Source: Bugula neritina
Taxonomy: Eukaryota; Animalia; Bryozoa
Length of the DNA: 64,000 nucleotides
NCBI GenBank assembly: GCA_964035545.1
Contig: OZ037769.1
Location: forward strand, 5,437,929-5,501,928
Reading direction: 5' to 3'
Shown: positions 1 to 11,700 of the stretch, piece by piece
Numbering within the stretch: position 1 is the stretch's first letter
Layout: every line of letters starts with the position of its first letter
Program-made: the position numbers and the translations under genes
Notes under the pieces: generated by a model
What the model was told of the DNA's origin: nothing
Database searches by the model: none
Seen by the model: only the letters and a program-made list of their open reading frames with translations

Positions 1-568
1 TAACATGCAATTAATCAGCAAAACTTGCATTTTATTTGTTATGTTTATTCTATTGGTTTCAGACAAAAACCAATCAATTTCCTAAAATGGTTAATTCTTT
101 GTGCCACTTGGTACTTTGTGTATCAGTACAAAGCTTGGTGTTTACTGGTTTCAACCAATATATTGAACCATTAAAATAGATTACATAATACAACATAATA
201 GTGTTTATAAACTATTATGTAAGAATAAACGGAAATACTTTATCTACCTTTGTTAGACATTCAGCTTTCCTATATTATATTATAATTTTTGTGGTATAAA
301 TATAGACAAATTAGGCTGAAATAATAAATTCTGACTCTCTAATGATGCGAGTTCTCAATGACCTTAAAGGCAAGGTTAACATTAAAAGTTGTATTTTCAT
401 GTATAATTACATGCTTTCATTCCTAGTGGTTTCAGAGCATTAATTAAAGACATGTATACTATAAAGACATTACAAGTATGCAAAAATTATCAAAATATTG
501 AATTAGTAACGAAAATAATAATATAGAAAAGTGCTAAAACTTCTCTAAAACGCTGTCAACAGCCTTAC

Positions 569-769
569 CTGAGACATCTGGCTGCAGAGTGAGGAGTTGG
601 TTGTTAAAATAAGAACACTAAGAGTAGAAATTATGCCACATCCCAAGACTAGTAGAAACAGCACACTGCCAACCACTTTTCTAAAAGGTTTCATGCTGTC
701 AGGTAACCTTTGACTGTCAGAAAAAGTAGTATGCATGTTAGTGTTGTCGCTGGGTATAACGTAGACAAC
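569..769 (-). CDS. Isolated exon encoding a probable type II membrane anchor; gene probably continues off the left edge
   Basis: 201-nt open exon bounded by ctttgcag| and CAG|gtaagg. It encodes ...MKPFRKVVGSVLFLLVLGCGIISTLSVLILTTNSSLCSQMSQ, i.e. basic residues followed by ~20 hydrophobic residues. No family could be assigned. Confidence 0.45.
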
Positions 770-1202
770 CTGCAAAGGTTCTCCCATAACAAACTAGAAT
801 AGGATTGCAGTAAGAGTGTTTCTGGTACACCTCTCAAAGCCCAACTGGCAAAGCCTAACTCGGAGACAAAAAGCTCAAGTGCTAAATCTATTGAATCTGA
901 GTGAGATTAAAGCAAATGCTGATCAGCTTTAAGGGATTGGCTGAAGCCGACCAATGAGGCTGGCCGACTCAACAAGTTTAAAGCCATTATCTCAGATCTC
1001 TTCAGACAAGTATTCGTCTCTAGGCAATGGGTTAATTAGAAATCATTTTATATCTCATTACCATTACATAAGATTACATGATGGTTATGTAACTGCAGCT
1101 CAGCTTGATTGTGTGGTTATTTTTGATGGATCCGTCAAGAGTTGACTTGAGACTTCTGAACAATAAAGACACCACATGCTCAAGTAAGTTTAAGCGGTAC
1201 TT

Positions 1203-1262
1203 ATAGATATGATACTACATCGTAGATATGATACTACATCATAGATATGATACTACATCATA
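1203..1262. repeat. 19-bp tandem repeat (tagatatgatactacatc), 3 copies
   Basis: Directly visible in the sequence. Confidence 0.9.
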
Positions 1263-1939
1263 CATGAGCATTGAATTTATTGTTGAAGAATTCCCGACAC
1301 ACTTCATTCATTTAGTATTAAAGTACCAGTACTTATAGATCTTAGCTATCGTCTATATTCTATGCAGACTGAGGGTTGCATGCTCAAACAATTTTGTTTT
1401 ATAATAATTTTTTTGTTTAAACTTTCAAGCTATCTCAGTGAGTGATAAAGCTGTGTGTTGCAACAGCTACTAATAGCGTGCAATGAAAGTCATCAATAAT
1501 TACTAATAATTCTATAATACCTTCAGAGCCTACTGAAAACTTAATGATCAGCAAGCAATCAGAAATTCCAAATTAATTCAAGGCATATTTGTACAAAATT
1601 TGTTTAAAACAAAATTGTTTACTCATAAAACCATTGAAAAGTCCGTAGATTACAGCTAAGATATATTATATAGATTTTTATTACTACATAAATAAAGTGT
1701 ACCAGGGATTCTTTAACAACTGATTATAGATACAGAATGAGCAGAACTGTAAAATATATGTATATACTGTGGAACTCCATCTCCATCTTGTATGTCGAAA
1801 GCTACTGGCATATAACGTCTTTCCAGCCTATGTATGGGTACTGTACAACTTTGATAATTAGTTATGTTTACATGAAGAGGGATGAAACATTAAAAAATGT
1901 TTAACCTAGAAACTTTTAACCTACAATATAAATATACCT

Positions 1940-2240
1940 ACTATACCTATAGACTATAATATAAATAGAATGTACAGAATATATAATATAGATAGAATGT
2001 GTAGACTACAATATAGATGGAATATGTAGACTATACTATAAATAGAATGCATAGACTGTAATATAGATATAATACATAGACTGTAATATAAATAGAATAC
2101 ATAGACTGTAATATAAATAGAATACATAGACTGCAATATAGATATAATACGTATATAGGTTACAATATAACTATAATAGTATATAGGTTACAAATATAAA
2201 TAGAATATGTAGACTGTAATAAAAATAGAATGCGTAGATT
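1940..2240. repeat. AT-rich ~26-bp minisatellite (tagactgtaatataaatagaatacata-like)
   Basis: Repeated degenerate units; explains ORF 1954..2136. Confidence 0.85.
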
Positions 2241-2896
2241 GTACAGCCAGTGAACTCCATTATGCTTTTCTCCCATTGACAGAGTATACACTGCATATTC
2301 AGCAACCCACATGGGGTAGTATTATTTTTTATTGAAATACAAAACCTATTTATTATATTGGAGCACTGTAACGTAGTCTGCTATAACTATAGTCTATACT
2401 ATAGTTTGTAGTTTAGTATAATAGAGTGCAAAGGTCAGCTACTACGGCAGTTTATAGTGCAATGAATCAGTACTGGCTTGGAAACCACTCTGTAACATTT
2501 GTATCTGCATTAATAATATTATATAGTTAGTAATGCAGCACAAGAATATCAAGATATTCAATAATATAAAAGTATTGCAAGACCTTTAAGTACCCCAATA
2601 ATATAGTTACATATAATATTTTCATATTATTTAACAATATAATGTTAATAGAAACTCACCAGCTTAGTAAATCAACTGTTTATGGCTCATCTCACGTCCT
2701 GAATTTAAACTATTAATAAACAACTACCAACCTGAACCTCCATGGAACCACAATCTCAAGATTATGCAATTTTATTTAAGTTTGAGGTTTGTATAGGTTT
2801 GTGTAATGAGCATAACATTCTTAGTAGGCTAGAGATGATCGAACTGTTTATAATATGATGGAGTATAGACCCACAGTTACTAAATTACTGGCTCTG

Positions 2897-3080
2897 TATC
2901 ACATATACTAGAGTACTAGACTCTATAGTATATGTATCACATATACTATATACTATATATATAGTATATGTATCAGATATACTATATATATAGTATATAT
3001 GTGATACATATACTATATATATATAGTATATGTGATACATATAGTATATATATAGTATATGTGATACATATACGTGATAG
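2897..3080. repeat. AT-rich fold-back array of self-complementary units
   Basis: tatcacatatacta(ta)n-tagtatatg units on the left are mirrored by ...tagtatatgtgata units on the right. Confidence 0.8.
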
Positions 3081-3142
3081 TATAACAGGGGGTTATAGTT
3101 TAATGGTATAGACTATAGACTATACTCTGTAATCTATAGCAA

Positions 3143-3277
3143 TAGAAATAGCTTGAAGCAACACCAACTTGGTGGACACTGAGTGTTGTGATTGGAGTTT
3201 GAAGTTCGGACACAGAAGTGTTTACAAATACTGCATTCAGTCACCCCCAACTCGGTGCTACTTTTAATGATTTCCTA
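3143..3277. mobile_element. Small inverted-repeat (MITE-like) element; second copy at ~62489-62626
   Basis: agcaacaccaacttggtggacactgagtg ... cattcagtcacccccaactcggtgctact form imperfect inverted arms. A colinear diverged copy lies downstream of MEIOB. Confidence 0.55.
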
Positions 3278-4786
3278 AAGCAATAGAATCTTTATGATTA
3301 CATAAAAATCAGGAGAGTAAATAAGCAGAAACCTCCAAGTGTTCAATTCAACTTCTATAATATAATACTATATAATTCATATTAATTAAGTAAAGTAGTA
3401 AGTGTACCCATGGCATTATAGTTCTAGTAGTAGGCTTATAATGCCTGCCTAGTATTTAAATATCTCTACCCACATCCTAACCAATATTGGGGACATATAG
3501 AAATTCAATCATTAAAAATGCCGCATCAGTGAGTTCCTTTGACAACCTTCATTCAGTATTGAGTATAAGCTTCAACAAATTTGAGTTTAAAAAGTTGGAA
3601 TGAATTTGAAGCCTAAACTTCCACAACTGTAAACAAATTATTGAAATAAAAAGTCACTGATTGAAAAGTGATTTTGACAATTTTATGAAAGCTTTATAAT
3701 TAATTGCTTTATAACTAATTAATTTAACTATTATAAGAATTAAATTAATTGCAATTTATGCAGCTCAATAGTAACATTGGCAATTATTATTATTATAGCA
3801 AAACTGTTAATGTAACGTAAACGTTATCTGTATGCTACCAAATGTGTAAGAAAAAAATATAAAATCAACAATTTTGAAATTCATCAGAGCATAAAATGTG
3901 AGTATAAATCATCATACATGATGAGAATGTATCACCTAGTCTTTTAGAGAAATTATAGATTACATAATAGGATATGGTCATGGGGGGGGGGGGTTATCCT
4001 GCCTTTCTAAATATTATTCCTTCTGAAAAACTCTTCCCAATGCAGATAAATTGCTGGTAAGTAATGGCAAGCATAGCAGATGCTTTGATTGAAATGCGAC
4101 ATGCATACATATACAACTGGTACATATAGTTAAAAACTGCACAGACCCATAGTTTCCCTTAGCAGAGATTTCTAATTATCAGCTTGGAATTTGATGGGCT
4201 CAATTATTGAGCAGACAACTTTCTTTGGCATGGCTTGTTAGGACGAGTAGAACAAATATTGCCGAAAACAAAAAAAGGCCTACATATTATACAGCTAACT
4301 TAAATGAATGTTACTTCCAGTTGGAAAAAATATAGCACAATTGAATTTATTTATGCTTCAAGATTTGTTCAGGATAAGGTGAAATAGTTATTTAGATTTC
4401 AACAGTATTCACTGTCATCATACTAACAGTGTCTACCTAGGACCCTAAGTAAATCAAAAGGGGTAGAAGAGAAGCTTTCAATAACAAAAACAGTAAGGTA
4501 AGGTTCAGTCTGTTGAGCTTTCCTAAACTCTGCATGTGGCTTCCTCTGATTGGGTTAAAATTTAAAGAATGAAAGCTATAGCAAATTCACCAAACTGTAG
4601 TCTGATGCAATAAATAATTTCATCAGCAAATCAGTGAATAGACAATAACTATATAACTGTGATAAACAACCTCTAATGATGAATTGATACCATAGTCAAT
4701 ACGATAACTACCACCCAGCATATGCTGTTCACCCTTGTTCTAATCGCGCTTTATTGTTTACTAATATGAGTTGCGTGATTCAACTG

Positions 4787-4880
4787 GGAATTTCCAGAAA
4801 CAACTAGACGTGTTCTTACGAATAACACGTGTACGGACTGCCTATAAAAAGCCGCGACCAGGCAAACGGGCATCAATTTT
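4787..4880 (+). promoter_or_regulatory. Core promoter of the sHSP gene: imperfect HSE, ACGT motifs, TATA box, Inr-like site
   Basis: GGAatTTCcaGAA 4787-4799; GACGTG 4807-4812; ACACGTGT 4825-4832; TATAAAA 4843-4849; TCAATTT ~4873, about 30 nt after the TATA box. Confidence 0.6.
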
Positions 4881-5019
4881 ACTACGGAGATCGTAGTGGA
4901 CACACGGATTTAGTAAACTACTACGTAATTCACTGAAAAGGGTTGACTGTGTATCGCAGAGAGTAGTAGTAGAGACCAATACATTTGAGGCCAGTGGGTA
5001 AGGAACGAAGCCAGGCAAG

Positions 5020-7598
5020 ATGAAGAGTAGAGCAGTGTTGACCTGCGTTTTACTGGGCTTTTTGAGTTGCAATTGTTCAGCTCAATCCATACAATGGTTT
5101 TACAGGTAAGAAGAAAATATATTTCGTATGTCATCTTTTAAATTTTATTCAATTAACTCTGAAGATGCGCACAGTAGTATCCAAAAGATAAGTTTGCTTT
5201 ATTAATTTAGATAAATAAAGTAGTAAAAAAATGTTTCCTGTTTGTTTTTAATTTTAGCACCAGTAAATTGTGCCTTTGGAGTAAATTGAAACATGCATGA
5301 ACAAAATATTTGCCAGTTTCTACCCATTTACTGGCAACTACAATATCCTACTAACTAATGATTTAGAGCTCCTGTAACTTGATTACATACGTGATGTTGT
5401 AGAGATTATGTACCATTCAACACGGTCTGGGATTTACAGTCTAGAAGATTAGACCGTGTGCACTCTATGTTAGACAATTTATGGTTTCAAGACAGTTTTT
5501 ACAGACTACCAAGAATTCCAGCATTGATGATGCAGGTATGATGGTTATTTACTTGCAGTTTACACTAAGCTTAATAGCTAGTAATAGGATTGTGCTACAA
5601 TGAGAAATATATTATAGTTGTCATGAGTAGAAACTATTCAAGAGCCACTTTGTAAGCTGAACATATATTTACACCATAGTTTGCAAGTTTGCCAAACGTT
5701 TAGACTCACTAAAATTTAACTATTTACATTTTCTCTCTTCAGTAGTCAGTTGACAGTATAAAGAGTTATAACACGGCTGTGCATATTAGTTACAGCTACA
5801 ACAGTTATATTATTGTAGTTGGCAACTTATTATTAAAAAATAATTTTATAGTACATGCACGGAGTCTAGTATATATATTCATATATCACCAGGGCACTAG
5901 TATTTTCATTAACACAATCATTTGGGGAGTGTGTTTAGAAATAAGGATGCAATTCCTTGAGCTGCACAGTATACTCAGATTAAACATTTTTGTACAACTT
6001 GTATAACAGTTTAAAAATAATTTCGATGCCAACTTCAAGTTTCAGAAAAAATTTACTAAAAAAGGGCTTTTAATCACCTATATTTAAAAAAGGTAGTACT
6101 AAGCCAATTGAACTTGATAACACTGAATTGAGAATGTTTATTATGCTTCCCCACTATAGAATCTTAGAACTGGAGAAGGGAGATGTAGAGGAAACACAGA
6201 GTTTCTGCATGACCAACCACATTCTAATTTCGATGGTCTACCAAATGAGATAGATAGATGGCCAGATTCTCATTGGGTTCCAGAGCAAACAAGGAGACCC
6301 AACTCTTGTCATCACATACCAAAGGTTTGTGGCTTAAAAGCCCTTTGTCAAATGTTGATTTACGATTTAGTGGAAATTGAAAAGCTTTGAGATTAGCTAA
6401 AATTATAAAAATTATGCAATAATTGTATTATTTGACAGGACACTGAGCTGTCAAGGGAAAGATTAGTAAGTGAGCCGAGGCATGATGAAATGCAACAAGG
6501 TGAGGAGCATCAGCAAATAGAAGAAGAGGACAGGCAAAGAACATCAGAAGAAAATGCTCGTCTCAAATCACACCAAGCTTTGCAGGAAAAGCTAAGACAA
6601 GAGAGAAAAGCCATGGAAGAACAGCAGAGAAGAATGCAGGAGGAAAGGCAGAGAAGAGTGCAGCAGGAACAACAGAGAAGAATGCAGGAGGAACAACAGA
6701 GAAGAATGCAGGAGGAACAACAGAGAAGAATGCAGGGGGAACAGCAGAGAAGAATGCAGGAGGAACACCAGAGAAGAATGCAGGAGGAACACCATGAAGC
6801 TCTGAGAAGGTCAAGAGATGAATTTAGACGCAACAGTCAGAGATCAAAGTACCACAATCACAACCAGGGGAGGTAAATCATTATTTTAAAATTGCACTTT
6901 GTAATGGGTACTTTCAACATCATATACTTTATAAAAAATTCGAACACAGATATTAAGGCTAGAAGAATACGGTAAAGCTTATAATTATTACCTGTCTTAG
7001 CATAACTAGTAGCCATATAATATATAAAAATGACATGGAAATTTTTAATATAGCAGGTTATAAAAATGCCATTGTGATTACGAAAGCAATTATTATACGT
7101 TGTAGGAACCAAGAGACTCTAGAAATTATAAAGCACCAGGTGACTGGTTACGATCCCGATGACATCATCGTTAAGGTGTCCAATGGTGTGGCCAAAGTCA
7201 GTGGAAAACATATATGTCATTGTGATGAGAACTGCATAACCCGGGAGTTTTCTCGTTCTTTCTCTCTTCCAGCTGGCACAGAGCCAAATTCCTTACGAGC
7301 CACAATGGACATAGATGGTAACATTAGAATAGTTGGTAAGAAAACAAGACACCACACAGACTGGTCACATGACCTTAATCTTACAGTACAAGGAGTGGGA
7401 ATACCGCAGTCTACCAGACCTAGTGTTGACGAATTGAAAAGTTGTAGTAAGGGGGGAATAAAACTGAATAAAATAAACAAAAGAACTGGAAAGGCGCACA
7501 TAGATGAAGAATATAAATACTCAGAAGAAAGAAAGCCTGTGGTTGATCCATTGAATGAGGATTTTGACGACAGTTACGTAGAGATTGAGGAGTTGTGA
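5020..7598 (+). CDS. Small heat-shock / alpha-crystallin-domain protein with signal peptide, charged helical repeat and C-terminal IEEL (~436 aa)
   Basis: Exons 5020-5105, 5403-5535, 6160-6324, 6439-6872, 7106-7598 join in frame with GT-AG sites. N-terminus MKSRAVLTCVLLGFLSCNCSA-QSIQW. The last exon has an HSP20-type domain (VTGYDPDDIIVKVSNGVAKVSGKH...REFSRSFSLP...LRATMDIDGNIRI). The protein ends DDSYVEIEEL*. Confidence 0.85.
6616..6795 (+). repeat. Coding 24-bp tandem repeat, (EEQQRRMQ) ~7 copies, in sHSP exon 4
   Basis: gaggaacaacagagaagaatgcag units; explains the three antisense ORFs at 6510-6833. Confidence 0.9.
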
Positions 7599-8779
7599 CC
7601 CCTTAAAACTAACGGTGTAAATGAACTATTGATTTCAAAACAAATGTACATATTTATTACCTTAGGTCTGTTTACCAATTATTTTAATATATTTGTATTG
7701 ATTTTGCTTTAGATTAGCCATTATTATTGTAAAAAATGTAATTTAAACTCTGTTGAAATCTCTTTACACAAATTGTAATATTTAAAAGAACTATTAGTAT
7801 TACATATACATTTTATCTTGCAAATTTCAAATCTGAATTTAGCTGTTTGAGAGTAAACCACCCAAAAACCAAATTAAACGATATCTTTCACAAACTTTCA
7901 ACTTTGATACATCAAACTATTTTCATATTATTTACACAAACATATATTTTTATATAGAAATAAAAAACAAAACATTTGCTCAAAAATTAAATACTACATT
8001 AACAGTGAGTTAAAGCCATGCTGATTGCCTTTACAATAGAATATCCCGCTAAGATTTATGCCCTATGGACTCTTTAAAAAATAATCAGCGAAAAGTTAAG
8101 CTAAACAGTCAGTGGTATTAAGCCGCACAACACAATACTTAAAATTTATTACATTACCAAGTCGAAAATTCTATGTCGGCAAAAAATTCCCATGTAAGTA
8201 ATCAAAAATACTGCTAAGTATGATTTACCAAAATCTACAAAATTTTGAACTAACCATGATAACACAACAAAACAAAGTGCATGTTTTCTAAAATGCAGAC
8301 CAATTCATAAGTATAACAATTGCGGCAAGTTATAATGATCCCAATATCCTATCCATAACTTCTCATAGCTTAGTTTGCTTTGCATTATTCCATCTCAAAA
8401 ACATTGACTTACTAGTAAAACTTCTAGTAGAATTTCTGCTATTAATTATCAGTAAATATAAAGACTTGCTTTAATGATTATGCCTTGAAGGTTTCAGCAA
8501 ATCAATACAGCCATCCTAGGCTTAGGATAATAGAATAAGGCAAAACAAATTAAGCCTAGATAAATAATTAAATAACAAAAAGAATAAAACAATAAAATTC
8601 GCCCAAAGTTATTTTAATATTGAAGGCAAAGATATAACGATTCAATAGATGTGAACGGAGTGGTGGTGTTAAGCCTGACAAAATACATATAATGCACAAA
8701 ATTGGGCTGGATTGAGTGAAGGACATCTAAACCAAAGATTGTCTATTAGAAGTTAAACTTTCATATAATAGTGATAAAA

Positions 8780-11700
8780 TTAGAGTAATCTGTGTTTCTT
8801 GTTGCGTAGGCCACCAGCCAGATAGCAAGACACAACCACACCAATAACCTACAAGTAATCACCAACACTACAGTAAGTTCTGGTTTATACTGCGGAATGT
8901 CTAACAACTAGTGTTACTAGTGGTTCCTTCCAAGGAAAATTTTATTCAAATAATGGAAAGCTTGAAAAGGGGTAATAAAACTTATGGTCGTGGCTTGGAA
9001 ATGTAGTGCATTGGGTGGGTTAAAGCAAAATTACGGCAACTGTGCAGTAGAATACATGGCCCTACACTTACTGCACAGCTTGGTATTAGCAAAAAAGATG
9101 ATTGCTGCAGCTAACATCACCACCTTGAAAGGTCAGACACACTAAAGTCTACGTCAGGAAGGGATTAGATCAATGTACACACAGACTTGTGCCTAGAATC
9201 AGAAGACCGTGAACTAAAAGCACAGTCAAAGTGAGGGTGACACACCATTACCTTGAGATTTCTAGATAGATTATGCGAGAGAAGGCAGCAGTACCCTTAC
9301 ACCTCGTACTCCTTTCTGACAGCGCGGGCAAGACAGCAGGAGAAGACAATACCCATCACCTGGATACACGGATATACAGAAGCACAGCAATTTATTTATA
9401 CAGTACAATGAGACAAAACCACAAACTACACAGCTGCAGATGGGAGACAACTCTAAGACTAATATACTGACCAATAGGAACGCTGATGTGTAGTTTATGA
9501 TGCTTGACTCTACATAGCATGCACCCATTACCAGCAAGGATAATCTCGAATTTATATATTAAATATATTGCAGGCCAGTTGTTACAGAATGTATCAGTTT
9601 TATTTTAGATTAACTACATTTTTAAACCAATATAGACAACTCTTTATGAAGTAGAGCAAAGAGAATCAAATTTTCCCAACAAAAGAGACATTCATCATTA
9701 TTTGAGAAGACAACTTCAGCATATTCACATCCATGAATCGATGTTTTGAGAGCAGCCATTTCTTTTTTTCTAGAACATTAGCCCATTTTCCTAGATTATT
9801 TCCTGGGATAAAGGCCTTAAGAAAGATCTTATGTAAGACTGTTTTTGCTTGAGGGCCCTATATTAACTGAATGTGGAGTAATACTATTTATAATAATTGT
9901 ACGTAATTGTACCATTATCTACTTAGCATAGGGCAGATTTTTTCATCAAATAAGTAATGTGCAATGAGATATTATCTCATTGCACAATGTTTCTAAATGT
10001 CATCAATCATCGTTGATCACGACATAGCCACAAATGTAATGGAGTTGTCATTTCTATGTTGAAAATAACTCATGGGGACCCAAAAGTCACAAAGACAAGC
10101 CATTCACTATAGGTTTATAAGCTAATGATGAATAGCCTAGAAGATAATGACTAACTCTAGGATATTTACACGCCTATGTTCTAGGAATCTGAGGAGTTGG
10201 AGGTTAAAGCTTACTCCAAACTACATTATATTTCCTATTTACATTAACCTATAGAAATGATCCCTGAGCGTAATGCAAATCGAATGCCAGTTGAGCAAAG
10301 CTAAAAGCAGCACTACGCCTACTAAACTCCATACCCTTCTTCCAAACAACCGAAAATAGAGCTTTGAATCTTCCACCTTCTCTCATACCACACTTACCTG
10401 TATAACAGCTAAAGCTATGCCTACTGCTCCGATGTAGTACACGTTCTTTTCAAATATGTCTTCCACAGATGATACGCAACCCTAAATGTCAAACATTTTG
10501 AAAATTAATTATTCTTGAAGCAAAAATATCGTTGTAAAGTAAGAAATTTTGCTGTAGATTAAGAAAATTGTGCAACTGAATAATGCAGCAGTCATAATAA
10601 TAATAACTACTCTAAGGTGAAGGCAACTTCAAATGAATCTTGAAAAATAACATTTCATGAAAATTGTCTGTAAAAGTCTACAAGATGCAAACCTTGTTAT
10701 TCAGTGTTGGGGAACTGGAGTCACATGTTTCAGGTTCATTGTCACAGCAGGACTTTGGGTAGGCTTTGCCAAATGCATCTGGTTGAGCTGTAGTCCAGTC
10801 TTTGGGACCTTCAGTGCCACAGCAATGCCACTATATCATATACAAAGAGCGTTCACTACCAGATGCTGTGCTGCAGCTAACCAGCAGGTGGTACTTATTG
10901 CAGCATTACATAAGCAGAGAGAGCAGATATGCAGATATGGTCTAGTAAGTACGAAGTCATGGGTTCAAACTCCAGCAAAGGTCATTGGTGATGTTACGAA
11001 GAGCATTCAGTCATAATCACTTCAGTGCTACATCTAAATAAGTCTTAAGCCCTATTTAACAAAAACCTTGCCATCAGAGGTTTTTTCACAGGGATGGTGA
11101 CCATAAACTTGCATAAGTTGCTTTTACGTGAGAATGAGTTTGATTTATGTTCTAACAATCCTTTTTACTGATATAGTGGTCCATGGTTTCGAATTATGTG
11201 AATGAATGCTCATTATGAAAAAATTTGTGGTTGCGGTTTGCATGAACTTGTGTTTGTGATTTCATTCCATGTAACTGTTTCCAAACAAAATGAAAAATCC
11301 ATTTGTATAATCGAAAGTTTGTAACCAAGTGAAACAAAAAGCACTAACTGGAGTATCAAATTAACTAATTGAAGAAACATTAGTTGACTGCAAACACTAC
11401 AAGTTCAACACTAGGTATGGTGGACCGAAAAGTTACATATAGAGTTGTCTTACCTTGCTTTGCACATGATCCCAAGTTTGTGTAACTCCGCCTTTCTCTG
11501 GGTCTTGGTAGTTAACCATAGACTTCTTCATTTGGGTGGTAACCAGCTGCTTTATGTCATTGGAATACACAAACCCTGCTATAGCTCCACCAATTTGACA
11601 CACTAGTAGCACCATCATCAAGATGGAAAACTACAATAATTACAGATGAGTGAAAACAGTATTAAAGACTAAAATTTTGTGTTCAAAGTTGCCTTCTTGT

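Noticed and set aside
5094-5105. ATG GTT TTA CAG|gt as the sHSP start
   Set aside because: Phase 0 leads to a stop early in exon 2. Only the ATG at 5020 (phase 2) gives the long frame.
6510-6833. Three minus-strand ORFs (Cys-rich, VPPAFFS and LLHSS repeats)
   Set aside because: Antisense shadows of the coding 24-bp repeat in sHSP exon 4.
10240-10330. Hydrophobic stretch (LVGVVLLLALLNW...) as another tetraspanin last exon
   Set aside because: No AG acceptor in the required phase, and read-through from exon 5 hits TGA.
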